Positions 35,501-50,500 of a stretch of 60,356 nucleotides of DNA are shown piece after piece. Position 1 is the stretch's first letter. Each line of letters opens with the position of its first letter. Origin of the DNA: Calothrix sp. OTE_75_metabat_31 (GTDB lineage: Bacteria > Cyanobacteriota > Cyanobacteriia > Cyanobacteriales > Nostocaceae); assembly GCA_031379725.1 (NCBI GenBank), contig JANNFJ010000380.1:1-60356 (forward strand), written 5' to 3'. Made by a program: the position numbers and the translations under genes. The notes under the pieces were generated by a model, which saw nothing but the letters and a program-made list of their open reading frames with translations, did not search any database and was not told the DNA's origin.

Positions 35501-38500
35501 TTACCGATTTTACAGTTGGTAAAGAAGTTCAACTTGTACTTAAATCGCCAGATTTTGATTCATATTTGCAACTAGTTAATGCTGATACAAATAAGCCTAT
35601 TCTACAAGATGATGACTACGGCTTTAATAGTAGCCAACAGTCATTTATTAAGTTTATTCCACAAACAGGTATTAACTATATTGTTCGGGTAACAAGTTAT
35701 TCTAGTAATACGACAGGAAACTATTTGGTAAGCGCTCAAGCTATCAAGACGCTTCCGTTCACTGGAGAGTCGGCAAGTGGAAATTTAAGTTCAAGCGATG
35801 TACAGCATTCAGGTTTATCAGGACGCTATAGTGACGACTACAAACTTGACACAGAATTGCTAGTCGGAAAACCTGTTATTTTTACACTTGCGTCAAATGA
35901 CTTTAACCCTCAATTTCAGCTAATTAATGCCGACACGCAACAAACAATAGTATCAAATTCAGAAACCAGCGTAAACAACACAACGCAATTAAAGTTTGTT
36001 CCACAGGGAGGAATAAATTATGCTGTTCGCGTTACAAGTAGAGACATTAATGAACAAGGTAATTATACCCTGAAAGCAGAACCATATGCGCTGCCAGAAA
36101 TTGCAGCATTAAATGGAGAAAAGAACGATAATTTACAAGCCGGAGATACTAAAAATTCAGAATATTCCGGAAGCTTTGCGGATGATTATAAACTAAATAT
36201 AACTGGTATTAATCCTGGAACTGTAATTGAACTGCAACTAGAATCTTCTAGTTTTACTCCCAAGCTACAACTAATTAACGCCTCAAATAATGAAGTTATT
36301 AATACTAACTATCTTTCAGGTGTGGGTGATAATTCTCGATTGGTATTCACTCCCCAAACTGGAGTAAATTACATCGTTCGCGTTACTGACTACTCTGGAG
36401 GAGGAAAAGGCGAATATAAACTCAAAGCTAATCCCTTGAATACGATTGTTGTTAACGAGCCAATAGCGAAAACTGGTAATTTGAACTCAACTGCAAGTCC
36501 AAACTATCCTGGATATTCGTCTGAGTACTTTATTAACGAATACCAAATTCAAGGTTTTAAAGCTGGTGAGCTTATTGATATCAAACTATCTTCTAATGAT
36601 TTTAATGCTTCTCTTGAATTATTCGATGCCTCTAAACTAAATGACCCTATAATTTCTGATGATAATTCGGGTGGAAATAGTAATGCACGCCTAATTTTTA
36701 GTCCAGAGGCTAACAAAAGTTATCTAGTAAGAGTTCGGACTCCTGGTCCATATGAAAGCGGTGAATATAATTTAAGTGCCACATCGTTAGCGACGATTTC
36801 TGCAAGAAAAGGCAATAAAAATGCAGAACTAAATGCTACTGAAGATTTAAATTACCCTAATACTGATTCAAAAATGGATGAGTACCAATTAACTGATTTA
36901 ACAATTGGCGAAGATGTTTATGTTAGTGTAAAGTCTGATGATTTTGATACTTATTTAGAAATATATGAAATCGAGAATCATAATTTAAAATATCTTGCTG
37001 GTAACGATAACTCAGGAGGAGGTACAAACTCGCAAATAATTTTCACACCAGAAAGCGGTAAAAAGTATTTAGCGCGTGTTAGCAATTACTCTGATAGTAC
37101 CCGTTTCGGAAATTATACACTTCAATCTTCGCTACCAATAACTTCACCCCAAACCCGCAGCAGAATAGATGGTGCTTTAAGCGATAGTGATGTTAATAAT
37201 CCTAATCGCAGCAGTCGTAAAAGCGATAATTACCAATTAGCCAATTTTACAGTTGGTCAACCTATTAGCATCATACTGTCTTCTCTTGATTTCGATGCAT
37301 ATTTACAGCTAATCAATGGAGATACGGGAAGAATAATTGACTTTAACGATAATTACAATTCAACAAACAACTCTCGACTAACTTTTACCCCTACTGAAGG
37401 TACTAACTACGTAGTCCGAGTTACTACCTCAGAGGTAGAACAACTAGGAAATTATACGCTGCATACTAGAGAAGTGCTTTCTGCTTTAGGAGATAAAATA
37501 GACGGTAAAATAAGCGAAACTGATGCAAAACACCCTAATTATGGCTACTATATAGACGAATACGAACTAAGTGATTTAACAATTGGTCAATTTTTTGCGT
37601 TGGAATTAAAGGCAGAAAATTTTAATCCTTATTTGGAACTGATTAACAGAGATACTGATGAAATAATCACGGTGTATGGTTCCGGTAGCTCGCGGATAGT
37701 TTTCACTCCATCTAACGGTATTAATTACGCTATTAGAGTTACTGATGTATATAAAACTGGAGATTATACTCTCACGTCTACGAAATTACCTACGCTTTCT
37801 GCTATTACGGGAACGGTAAATGTTAGCGATACTCGACTTAGCGATACAGATGCAAAATATCCTGGTACAGATTATTTAATAGATGAATACCAGTTAACTG
37901 GTTTAACAACTGGTGAAACTGTTTATGCCGGTGTTACATCTCCAGATTTTAATACTTATTTAGAGATTGTTGATGCAAGTAATGGTTCATACCTTATCGA
38001 TGATTATGATTCTGGTGACGGTACAAATTCACGTTTCTATTTCACTCCAGAATTAGGCAAAAAATATTTAGTACGGGTTGGTAACTACGGTACTAATGGA
38101 ACGGGAGCATATACCCTTAGCACTCGTAAACAAAGAACAGAAATTTCGCTCTCCGACACGAGTTTCAAACAAATTGATGGTTCGATTACTTCTGAAGATG
38201 AGCTAGATGCAGCTAACTCATATTATAGTGATGAATATTTACTAACTAGCTTACCAACTAACAAAAGAATTGTACTTGACATATCAAGCGAAGAGTTTTA
38301 TACCTTGATAGAACTGCTAGATGCGAATACTGGTAAAACCATTTCAAATAGCTTTACTCGTGATTCGAGCAGAAACTCAAAACTGATTTTTACCCCACAA
38401 CAAGGTGTTAACTATGCAGTTAGAGTTAGAGGTGATAATGGGGGAACGGGAAATTATACCCTCAATGTTAATGAATTAGCTCAAGTTGTTCCCAACTCGC

Positions 38501-41500
38501 CATACGGAAGTATAATTTTAGCTGACCAACCAGTAGGTTATTGGTCGTTAGATGAAACGACGGGAGAAATTGCAACTGATTATTCCGGTTACGGTAATAA
38601 CGCTTCCTACCACAATGGTGTAACTTTAGGTACAACAGGGATTTCACTTCAAGCAGCGACATTCGATGGAGAAAATGATACTTTAGATATCCCGATAAAT
38701 TCTCCTGAAACAAACTACACCTACGAACTGTGGTTTAAAACAAGAGAAGCGACAACAGGTATTTCAATTGTTAGAGACCAAGATGCAGATTATCAACACG
38801 ATAGGGTTCTGTATTTAAAAGACGGTAATATTTACCACGGACTATGGAGTACGGAGATTATCAATTCTACTGGTAAGAATTATGCTGATGATGAGTGGCA
38901 CTATGTAACTGTAGTTGTCGAATCAAGTGTTGGGCAAAAAGTATACGTTGATGGAGAATTAGTCGCTTCTGGAAACAAAGGAGAATCTAACTTTACCAAC
39001 GATACTCGTATAGTTGCTGGGGAAACTCTTGCTAGTGAATATTATTGGGGTATACGCTCATATTTCAAAGGTGCCCTCGACGAAATTGCGCTGTATAATT
39101 ATGTTTTACCAGAGTCACGTATCGATGCACGCTACGAAGCTTTCTTGTCGCAACAAACTGATAAGTTACCAGATTTAGCAATTACTCCGGTAACATATCC
39201 CTCTTCCCCCGTAACTTGGGGTCAAACAATTCCAGTTTCTTGGATAGTTCAAAATATAGGGAATGTACCGACAACAGCAACTTGGACTGATAAAGTATAT
39301 TTCTCTACTGACAAAAACCTCAGCATTGATGACCAAATAGCTGGTACTTTCTTACCAAATTTAAGCAATCCTCTAGCTGCCAAAGTCGGACAATACACCT
39401 TGGGTGGAAATATTGTTATTCCTAACACCCTTGACCCGAATAAAAATTGGTATTTACTGTTTGTAACGGATGCTGACTATAAACAGTTAGAAACCAACAG
39501 TAATAATAACGTGCAGTCAGTAGCACTAAATGTTAATATTCCCAATTTGAGATACTTCAACAACTTTGAGTCTCCTGTTGGTGATGAATGGACTAATCAA
39601 ACTGTTGATAAAACTTACAAGAACGTCTTCAGCAGCTTCTTAGGACGTTTTAGTGGCGATGGTACGACCTTAACATTAAACACTACACCTGGAAATACTT
39701 ATCGTTTAGAATTTGATTTCTACGCAATCGATTCTTGGGATGGTGGCAACATAACACCCGTTGGACCAGATTATCTTGATATTTCTGTAGACGATACAAG
39801 AATTTTCCGAGAAAGTTTTAGCAACGTACTAGACTATCCACAATCTTATAACCGTCAATCAGATGCGGGAGGTATAAGTAATGATTTAGGCTTTAATACT
39901 TCTTTTGGAGATTCTATATATCGCAGAATTCCTATCAACTTCACCGCTACAGGCAATACTACACAAATTCGCTTTGCAGATTATGGTTTGCAAGGTATAG
40001 ATGATGAATCTTGGGGTATTGATAACGTCCGCGTTTTCTTTACAGGAGTCAATGCGAAATTACCTAACTTAAAAGTTACTGATTTAGAGGTTGATAGTAC
40101 TGCTAAATTCGGTCAAACGGTTGATATTAGCTGGTATACTAGCAATATTGGTACAGACTCGGTGGATGGAATTTGGAGTGAACGTGTTTGGTTATCCAAA
40201 GATAGTGACTCTATATTTGAACCACAAAAAGGCGATTATGAGTTAAGACTAATAACTCCAACAACATCTGAACAAATAGCTGCGAACTCAAAATCAACGC
40301 AGCGTAAACTTCAACTCGAATTACCCTTAGACAATAAATTCCAACCAGGCAATTACTATATTATTGTCGAGACAGACGCTGGTAAAACTGTTAGAGAGTT
40401 CAAGGAAGATGATAATGTCTTACCTAGCTCCTCAATTACCATCGCATTCCCACCATTACCAGATTTAACTGTTAGTAAAGTCAATATATCGCAAAATGGT
40501 ATTCCAGGGGAAAGTATTGATGTATCATGGCAACTAAGCAACATTGGTGATGTTACCTTGAACGGAACTTGGAACGAGGACATTTACCTTATACCTGTAC
40601 AAAACTTCTCCGCAGATGGTAGCTTTAGTTTTGACAGCATACAGCCCATCAAAACTGTCAACCGTACAGCTACTATCGGCGCTAAACAGCAACTAGACTC
40701 CTTCCGTGAGACAATTGAAATTCCCGGTGATATCATAGAGGGCGAGTATCGCGTTGTTGTGATAACTGATACAGGATTCCCCAACGATAAAATCGTCGAA
40801 TACGACAACGCTACCAATAATATGAGTATCTCCACCCAAACCGTGCGCGTCGGTCGGGTAGACTTAGTGCCAGAAATTACCACGCTCCCCACAAACGGTA
40901 CTTCTGGTGAAACTATCAAACTCAACTGGAAAGTGACCCTCACAGGTGCGGTGGGAGTATCGAGGGAATTAGTAGATCGGATTTACCTGCTTGATACCGA
41001 CACACCATCATCCTACGATTTAAGAGCAGACAATGCTGTAGCCGAAGTCCGGAAAACCCGCACCCTCAGCGCTAATGGTAGCTACACCGAAGAGATTGAT
41101 ATCCCCCTACCCATCGAACTTAGCGGTAGGAAGTATGTATTTGTTGTCACCGATGCCGATAACCAACTCAAAGAAGCCAGCAGTACAGAAGATGCAGAGA
41201 ATAACAATACCATTGGACGTAGCGTCCAAATCAACCTTGGCGAATACGCGGATTTAGCAGTATCCAATATCACCGCTACCCCCCAATTAACCCTCCGCGA
41301 CCAACTCAGCGGCCCTGCAACCCTCCAGGTGAATTGGACAGTTACCAACATTGGTACAGGTGCAGGCAAGGAAACCCAATGGTACGACCGGGTAATTGCT
41401 AGTAGTGACAATATTGCAGGTAATGAAGACGACATCGTACTCGGTACATTTTTACGCTCAAGCAATCTAGCAAAAGATTCATCATATAACAAATCCGAAA

Positions 41501-44500
41501 CAATTCAACTTCCATCTAACTTTACTGGCAAGTATCAACTATTCGTTACAACCGATGCTCCAGTTCGCAATCAAAATAACGAAATCATCTACTCAGTATT
41601 TGAAAACGGACTTGAAGCAAATAACACCGCTTCTGCACCATCTCCTTTTGCCGTCGCACTCAAACCCTACGCAGATTTAATTGTTACCAAAGTCAACTTT
41701 GAAGGTAACGCTACCACCGCACAAACAGGAAGACTCCTTAAACTCAACTGGGAAGTCAAAAACCAAGGAATTGCCGTCACCGACAGTGCTTCTTGGTCTG
41801 ATACCGTCCAACTTGCACGTATGAATCCCGACGGTACTTTATCTATTGTCACCACCCTCGACTACTTCGACCGCACGGGTGTCCTTGGGAACACCGAAGG
41901 CAACAATACTTACACCCGCAGTCGGGATGTATTCATTCCCTACAACACCGAATCCGGTACTTATTACCTCGTCGTCACCACTGGTGGTAGCAATAATCCC
42001 TACGAATTCATTTACTACAACGACGGTAACAGCAAAGTCTCCCCTGCCATCCAAATTACCAAAGGTACAACCCCCGACCTCTACGTTAGCCGCGTCAGTA
42101 CTGTAGAAAAAGCGGTAGCAGGTAGTAAAATAGATGTAACTTGGCAAGTATTTAACTCAAACGCACCTAACACCGGAGATGCAGGTGGAGAATGGACAGA
42201 CAATCTTTATTTGCGGAATCTCAGCAATCCGGCAGAAATAATCTCTCTCGGTAGCTTCAACCAAACCAACGGACTCCAACCGGGTAGATTCTATACCCGC
42301 ACCGAACAAGTTGACATTAATCCCTACCTCCAAGGGACTTATGAAGTAGTTGTCGAAACCAACTCAGTACTCGACCGTTATGGTAATCGTGGTGTATTTG
42401 AAGAAGCAAACGCCACCGACAATAATAGCTTAAAATCGACATCGAATATCACCATTAGTCTTCCCACCCGTCCCGATTTGCGGGTTAACAGCATCACCGT
42501 ACCAGCTACAACTGTAGTAGCAGGAGGAACTGCAACCGCAAGCTTTGAAATTATTAACCTCTCACCGATTGAAGCTAGGGGTAAATGGGTTGATAACGTT
42601 TATTTATCCTTGGATGGTAGCATTGACAGTAGCGATATCTTAATTGGTAGCTTTACCAACGATAGTGCGATTTCCGGACAAGGCAAATACAGCCACAACA
42701 TCACAAACTTTGAAATTCCCAAATATTTCCGTGGTAAAGCACATATTATCGTCCAAACCGATGCTTCTAATGCCATCGACGAATATCCCCAGGACGATAA
42801 TAATATCTTGGTACGGGAATTTAACGTTCAATCGCTACTACCAGCAGACCTAGTTACCAGCAACGTCATTGCCCCGAATCAAGCTTTTGCAGGTTCGACA
42901 ATTAAGGTAAAATATAAAGTCACCAATTCTGGCAGTGGTGAAACCGACAGAGAAAGTTGGACTGATTCGGTTTGGTTAACCCGCACCAATACCAACCGTC
43001 CATCAGCAGCAAACCAAGATGGTGGACTCCAGGATATTAAACTGGGTGATTTTACTCGCAATGGTGGACTGCAAACCAAAAACGATTTCAACGGTACTAA
43101 CTACTACGAAAACGAAGTTGAAGTTACCCTACCTGGGGAATTGCAAGGAGGAGGGTGGTATATCACCGTTTGGTCGGATGCTAATGGTGATGTTTACGAA
43201 GACAGCTTTAGTAATAATACGAACCAAAACGACGTAAACAATCTCGATAGCAACAATTATTCCTCCCGTGCCATCGAGGTATTGCTACCCGCAGCACCCG
43301 ATTTACAGGTGACGCAAGTTACCCAAATTACCCCAGCAGCTAATGCCACAACTGGTAAACCCTTCAAAGTCACTTGGACGGTGGAAAACAAAGGTAGCGC
43401 CGATATTACCTCCGGGACTTGGTACGATGAAGTCTACCTCACCGACGCACCTACTCTAGAAGCAACGCAAGAAAAATGGTTGTTAGGAACTGTTGCCCGT
43501 AGTGAACAATTGGGACGTTATGCAACCTACACGGGAGAATTAGAAACCGTCCTTTCCCCCGGTGCAAAAGGTAAATACATTGTCGTTACAACCAACACCA
43601 GTGGTTATCCGCAAATTTGGGAAGGTCCCTACACCAATAACAATACAAAATCCACCGACACCAACGTAACCAGTATCCCCGCTGATTTTACCGTCACCAA
43701 TATCAAGACCTTTACACCCAACTATTCCGGCGACCCTACCACGATAGAATGGACAGTGACAAATAATGGCGCACCCGTGTGGACGGGAACCCGGTACTGG
43801 TATGATGAGGTATGGATTTCCAAGACCGCAGACTTTACAGCCGAATACAATGCGGGTAAAGCAACTTGGTTGGGATTATTTGCCCAAAATCTTCCCACTG
43901 CTGGATTGGGTACGGGTCAATCCTACACCCAAAAACAAAATATAGTCTTACCTGCGGGATTTAAAGACGACTACTACATCCACGTCTTTACCAACGAAAG
44001 TCGCTTAAGAGATTCCAACTACTTTAGCGGATTACCTAGAGGTAATAACAGGTACGATAACAATCAATGGCGTGACTTTATTTATCCTATCACTGCCTAC
44101 GAAGATACATCAAACAACTCCAAATCCCAAAAAATCCCCGTCATCTATCGTGAGGCAGATTTAGCAATCAGCAACCTCCAGGTGGAAACGGATAAAACAG
44201 GAGTCAATCCCAAATCGGGAGAAACCATAGCTGTAACCTGGACGGTGAAGAATACTGGAACACGCGATACCCGTGAAAGTACTTGGTACGACCGCGTTTA
44301 TTTATCAGTAGGTAAAACCGATAATACCCTCGATGCGAAAGATATTTTCCTTGGGGAATTTAAGCGTAACGGTATTCTCAACAAAGACGATTCCTACACC
44401 CAACGTCAGCAATTTATCCTCCCCGATGGAATTTTTGGTGACTTCAAAGTATTGGTATTTACCGATTCAAACTACGCAGAAAATAAGTACGGGAATGACA

Positions 44501-47500
44501 ACTTAGGGTTTGAGGGAGGAATAGACCGTCAATTAGGTCGAGTTCCAGAATTCGATAAAGAAGTTAACAACCAAGCAGTTGCAGACATAACCATCGACCT
44601 TACCATACCACCCGATTTGCAAGTTACTGCATTAAACCTGGGACAACAAACAGCAATATCCGGACAAAAGCTGAATTTAAGTTATACAGTCACCAACGTT
44701 AGTGCAGGTTCGACCCCAACACGTCAAAGTATTTGGACAGATTTAATTTACCTATCACGGGATAATAAACTCGACCTAATTGCCGACCGCTATCTTGGCA
44801 ACATCCAACATGATGGTGGATTAGCAGCTTCTCAAAGCTACTCCGTCACAAATGCCGAATTTAACCTACCCACCGACCTTACAGGGTCATACTATGTCTT
44901 CGTTGTCACCGACCCGCAACAATCTAACCCACGGGGGATAGTATACGAAGGCAGCAACGAAGCTAATAATGCCAAATACAGCGACAATCCCCTAATTATT
45001 CAACTTCCAAACCCAGTTGACTTAGAAGTACAAACCATTACCACACCCGGTAGCAGTAAAGTCGGAGAAGCAGTAACGGTAAAATGGACTGTAGCAAATA
45101 ACAGTACCAACAGCATCACCGGTGAATGGACGGATGCAGTTTATTTATCAGAAGACAATAAATGGGATATAAGCGATCGCTTACTCGGACGTACAACCTA
45201 CAATGGAACTTTAACAGGTAGTAATGCCACCGATGGCAGTAATCGTTACGAACTATCCCTTGATAATATTCTCCTACCGGGTGTAACACCTAGCAATGGT
45301 TTGCTTCCCGGTGGTGCTTACCGCATCATCGTCCGCAACGATATCTTTAACGAAGTCTACGAAGGTGTAAATGGTGGAGAAACTAATAACACCAAACCTG
45401 GAAGTAGCACCTTTGAAATTAAAGCCGAAGAACTCAAACTCAATATCGAGTCTACAACTACCCTCAGTAAAGGACAAGACCGATTATTTGCCCTCAACCT
45501 CCAAGCTGGCCAAACAATTCACGTTACTACCGATGGTAGCGATGGTAGCGGTAACGAAATTTACATCGGCTTTGGCACTTCCCCCACTAGCACCAATTAC
45601 ATTAGCGCTTCGAGAGGCAGAATCGGTCCCGACCAAAGTGCAATTATTTCTAACAGTCTACAAGGTACATATTACGTACTAATACGCGGTACAGATAGTA
45701 CCAACGCACCCGTAACCCTGAAAGCAGAAGCATTACCATTCAGCGTCACCAACATCGATACCGACCGGGGTGGTGATAGTCGCTACGTCACAACCACCAT
45801 CTCCGGGGCACAATTTGATGCCAATACCACTGTCAAATTAGTTCGTCCCGGTATTGGTGAGTTTATTCCTGCCAATGTCAAAATTATTGACAGCACCCAA
45901 ATTGCAGCGGTATTTGACTTGAGTAATGCCCCTCACGGATTATACGATGTTGTAGTTCGCAAAACCACAGCGGCTGGAATCACTGAAGCGACCTTACCTT
46001 ACCGCTATCTAGTTGAACGTGCCATTGAAACCGATGTCACCGTTGGTTTGGGAGGTCCCCACGTCCTAGCACCGGGTGATGTAGGCAACTTCCAAGTATC
46101 GGTACAAAGTTTAACTAATATTGATACCCCCTACGTCCATTTCAGCTTCGGTATTCCCGAACTTGGTGATAACCCCCTCCTCGAACTACCCTACGTCAAA
46201 TTCACCTCCAACCTGCGGGGACAACCCGACCGCAACCCCAATGGCAAACTCTCCGATGTACCTTGGTCAGAAATTGTTTCAGATGTGAATCTAAACGGAC
46301 AAATCCTTGCCCCCGGTTACGTCCTCGACCTACCCAACGCTGGATTTGCGGGGATGAACTTTAACGTCCAGACCTACGAGGGACTCAAAGAACTCCTCCA
46401 AAGAGAACCATTATTGCTTGAGGATATTAATCCTGGGGAAATAGCCTTCAAATTCAACATTGTTGCCACTGCTACAGCAATGACCCGTGGGGAATTCGTT
46501 GCCGAACAAACCAGGGAAGCACTGAGGTTGCGGACTGCCATCCTTGCCGATAAAACTGCTACACCTGCATTGACTAACCTGGCAGCATCTTCTACTACCT
46601 GGACGAATGCTTTCCTTGCAGCATTGGAAGAAGTTGGCATATTACGTCCTGACAATCAAGCACCCCCCATCCGAGAAAACCAGCAAATTATTAGTTTAAT
46701 CGCTACCCTCGCAACAGGATTACTGGTGGGGCCTGCGGGCAAGGAAATTAACTCCACAGGCAATCTCGTCAGCTTCTTTAGCAAGGTGCGGGAATGGTAC
46801 GGACACGACGCAAGTAAAATTGGTAGTCCCGGTATTCCCAATTTGCAACAATTCGATAAAGGATTAACGCAGAAAACCCATTCGCAAAGCTTTAATATCT
46901 ACGTCCCCTTCAAAGATGCCAGAGTCGATTTACCCCAAGGTGTTGATGTCCCTGCACCAACTTTCAACAGTGCTTTTACTACCCCCAGCAGTGCGAGTAA
47001 TTTAGTATCGCTGACCGGACCAATTGGTTACGGCAGCAATAATATTATCCCTCAAGGCGTTGATTTACCCTATACCATCCGCTTTGAGAATGCGGCAACA
47101 GCACCCACTGCCGTTGGCAAGGTCCAGCTTGTCAGCAAACTCGATGACGATTTAGACGAACGTACCTTCCAACTCGGTGGGATTCGATTAGGTGATATTC
47201 AAATTAATATTCCTGGTGGTAGAAGTTCGTTCCAAGGAGACTTTGACTATAGCGCAACCAAAGGATTTATCCTGCGTGTCAGTGCAGGTGTTGACCTTGC
47301 CACCAAAACCGCATCATGGTTGTTAGAAGCAATCGACCCCAACACCGGGGAAGTAATGAACAATCCCAACGTTGGTATTTTACTACCTAACAATGCTAAC
47401 GGTGCGGGTGCGGGTATGGTTAGTTATGCGATCGCACCCAAATCGGATCTCATCACGGGTACGGAAATTACTAGCCAAGCCAAGGTACTATTCAACACTG

Positions 47501-50500
47501 CTGCCCCCATCGATACAAACCGCACTATTAGCCGAATCGATGGTGCTGCACCCACTACAACAATTACTGCAACTTCACTTGATGGTGGAAATACTACCGC
47601 AAATGTTTCGGGTAATACCAATAATGCTTTAGCCTCGAATCTGACTCCAACCATTACGGGTAATACCGATTATCGAGTCAAATGGAATGCAACCGATGAT
47701 AATTCCGGTTCGGGTGTCAAGCATGTAACTGTGTACGTTGCCGAAAATGGTGGAGATTTCAAAGTATGGAAATCGCAAACAACTGACAAAGAAGGAATAT
47801 TTAGCGGTAAAGCAACTTCAAAATACGAATTCCTTGTCCTTGCCACCGACAATGCAGGTAACAAACAAGCACCACCACTCGGAATTACTGCACCCAACGA
47901 TGGATATAGCGTCAATTTAGGAACTATTCCGACGGTGGGACAAACTACGCAGCAAATCCTACCCCCTACTGCACCAACGCAGTTAATTTCCACCAATCAA
48001 TTATTCTTACAAGCTAAAGCTGAAAATAATACCCCTGCGGTATTACCAACAACCAGAAAACCCGAATTTGAACAAGTATTGCGACCATTTACTGCAAATG
48101 CTTTTGCTACGGGAATTCCCAAGAGTAACGGCAACATTGGGGCACTTGCTCTAGCAATCCTTGATGATGGTACGGTATTAGCTAGTGGTGGTGCAAATCG
48201 CGGTTCAATTTATCGCTTCAACTCCCTTGGTGGAACTGCGACAACACCACTTATTACCTTACCGCAACCCATCTACGATATGGCAGTTGACCGTAATGGT
48301 AGCATTTGGGCAACTACAGGTGGTGGTTCTCTACTGCAACTCAATCCACAGACTGGTCAAATTGTCAAGTCATATGGGGAAAGTATCACCCAAGCGATCG
48401 CAATAAATTCTACCACGGGATTAATCTATGTTTCTTCGGGTAATGGAATTGAAATCTTCAACCCCGTCACGGAAACATTTACCCATTACAGTGACCTACG
48501 GGTTGATAGTTTAGCATTTGCCCCGGATGGTAGTTTGTGGGGTACATCATGGCCCGACCGGGGAATAGTAGCACGATTTGATGCAAAAGGTCGTGCCCAA
48601 CAAATGCTATCTTCATCCGACCCAATCGATTCTCTGGCATTTGGTGCGACAAATTCACGTTTAGCAGGATTAGCTTTTGTTTCCACCAACAAGGGTGATG
48701 TGTTGATGGTAGATTTAGCAACCATGCAACACGTTAAGGTGGCAACTGGGAAAACAGGTGCAACTTGGGGTGAGAATATTGAAGTTACCAAAGATGGTCG
48801 AATTTTAATTAGTCACTCGAATCAAATTGATGTCCTCAATCCGACTTTAGCACCGAAGGTTGCTGCAACGAACCCAGTTAAAGATGCGATTATTGCATTA
48901 CCCCTCAATAGCATTAACGTCACCTTCGATTCGGATATGTTTGTAGGTGTGACGAATGACCTTGCATCGGTGCTGAATCCGAATAATTACCAGTTGATTG
49001 GTAGTAATGGTAATATCAACAATGCAGTATCGGTAAGTTATGACGTAGCCAGAAGGTCAGCATTGCTTGGATTCAATAGCTTCGATGCGGGTAATTATGA
49101 ATTCAGGGTACTGCAAAATATCAAGAGTAGTGCGGGTGTTGAGTTAGAAGCAGCATTTAGCGAGAAATTTACCACTGTTTCTAACTTTAGCAGCTTGGTT
49201 GATTTTAGCTTTGGGAATGCTCGAAGCGATCGCGCTAATAGTACGATATCTTACGATGTCACCATTACGAGTAAAGCTGACCAAGACTTGTTGCTACCTG
49301 TAATGTTGCTGCTTGACCCCAGCACAACATTTACGGGAACACCGAATGGTGCAGTTGGGAGACAAAATGGTGCGTATCTGCTTGATTTGAAGGATAGTTT
49401 ACCCGACGGTCGTCTCAAACCGGGTCAATCAACTACAACTCGCACCATTACTGTTAATAATCCGGATGCATTGAGGGTTGAATTTACACCCGGTATCTAC
49501 GCAATGCCGTATCCGAATATGGCACCTGTAATTACTTCAACTGCGTTGACAACTGCTACTGTTGGACAAAGATATAATTACCAGGTTGCTGCAAATGACC
49601 CAGATGGTAGTGTATTGGGTTACTTGTTGTACGATGCACCAACAGGAATGCAGGTTGATAATAATGGGTTGATTAGTTGGACACCTGTTGCAGGTAGTGC
49701 GAATAAGAGTGATGTGGTTCTATACACTTACGATTTGCGTGGTGGTTATACAACCCAGTCGTTTACTATCAACGTTTTAGGGGCAAATAATAAACCTGTA
49801 TTTAATAGTCCTGCTGTTTCCGGTGGCACAATTACGACTAATAGTAATACTGGCAGTACAACTACAACAGGTGGAACAACGACCACTTCTCCCACTTCCC
49901 CACTCCCCACTCCCTTCTTAATTCGTGGTGCGGAAGGTAAGACATTACAAATTAAAGTTGGTGCTACAGATGCCGATAAAGATAAACTGACATATTGGGC
50001 AGATAATCTACCCGGTGGTTCGGTATTTGACCCCAGCACGGGTATTCTCACATGGACACCGAATTACAATCAAGCTGGAACCTACGAAAATATCCAGTTT
50101 GTTGCTAATGATGGCAAGGAAAGAGTAACGCAAACTGTAAATATTCTGGTTGCACCAACCAATCAAGCTCCAACACTGGTACGTCCTGCTGATAAAATTG
50201 TCCGTGAAGGTGAGTTTGCTCGAATTCAACTCAAAGCAACTGACGCTGATGGTACAGCATTAACTTACTTCAGTAATCTTCTTCCTGGTGGTGCTACCCT
50301 CGACCCAACGACGGGATTGTTTGAATGGACACCTGCATACTTCCAAGCTGGTGAGTTTGAGATACCCTTCAATGTTACCGATGGAGAGACGATAACAACT
50401 CAAACTACCAAGATAACGGTGTTAAATGTCAATGCTGCACCCGTATTTGAGGGATTGACGAGTTGGGAAGCACAAGAAGGGGAAAATGTCAGGTTCCGTG

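Noticed and set aside
32980-38466. Regular ~343-bp periodicity that could suggest a satellite or CRISPR-like array.
   Set aside because: The period is far too long for CRISPR and there are no short identical repeats. The periodicity is in frame and corresponds to diverged protein domains (PPC).
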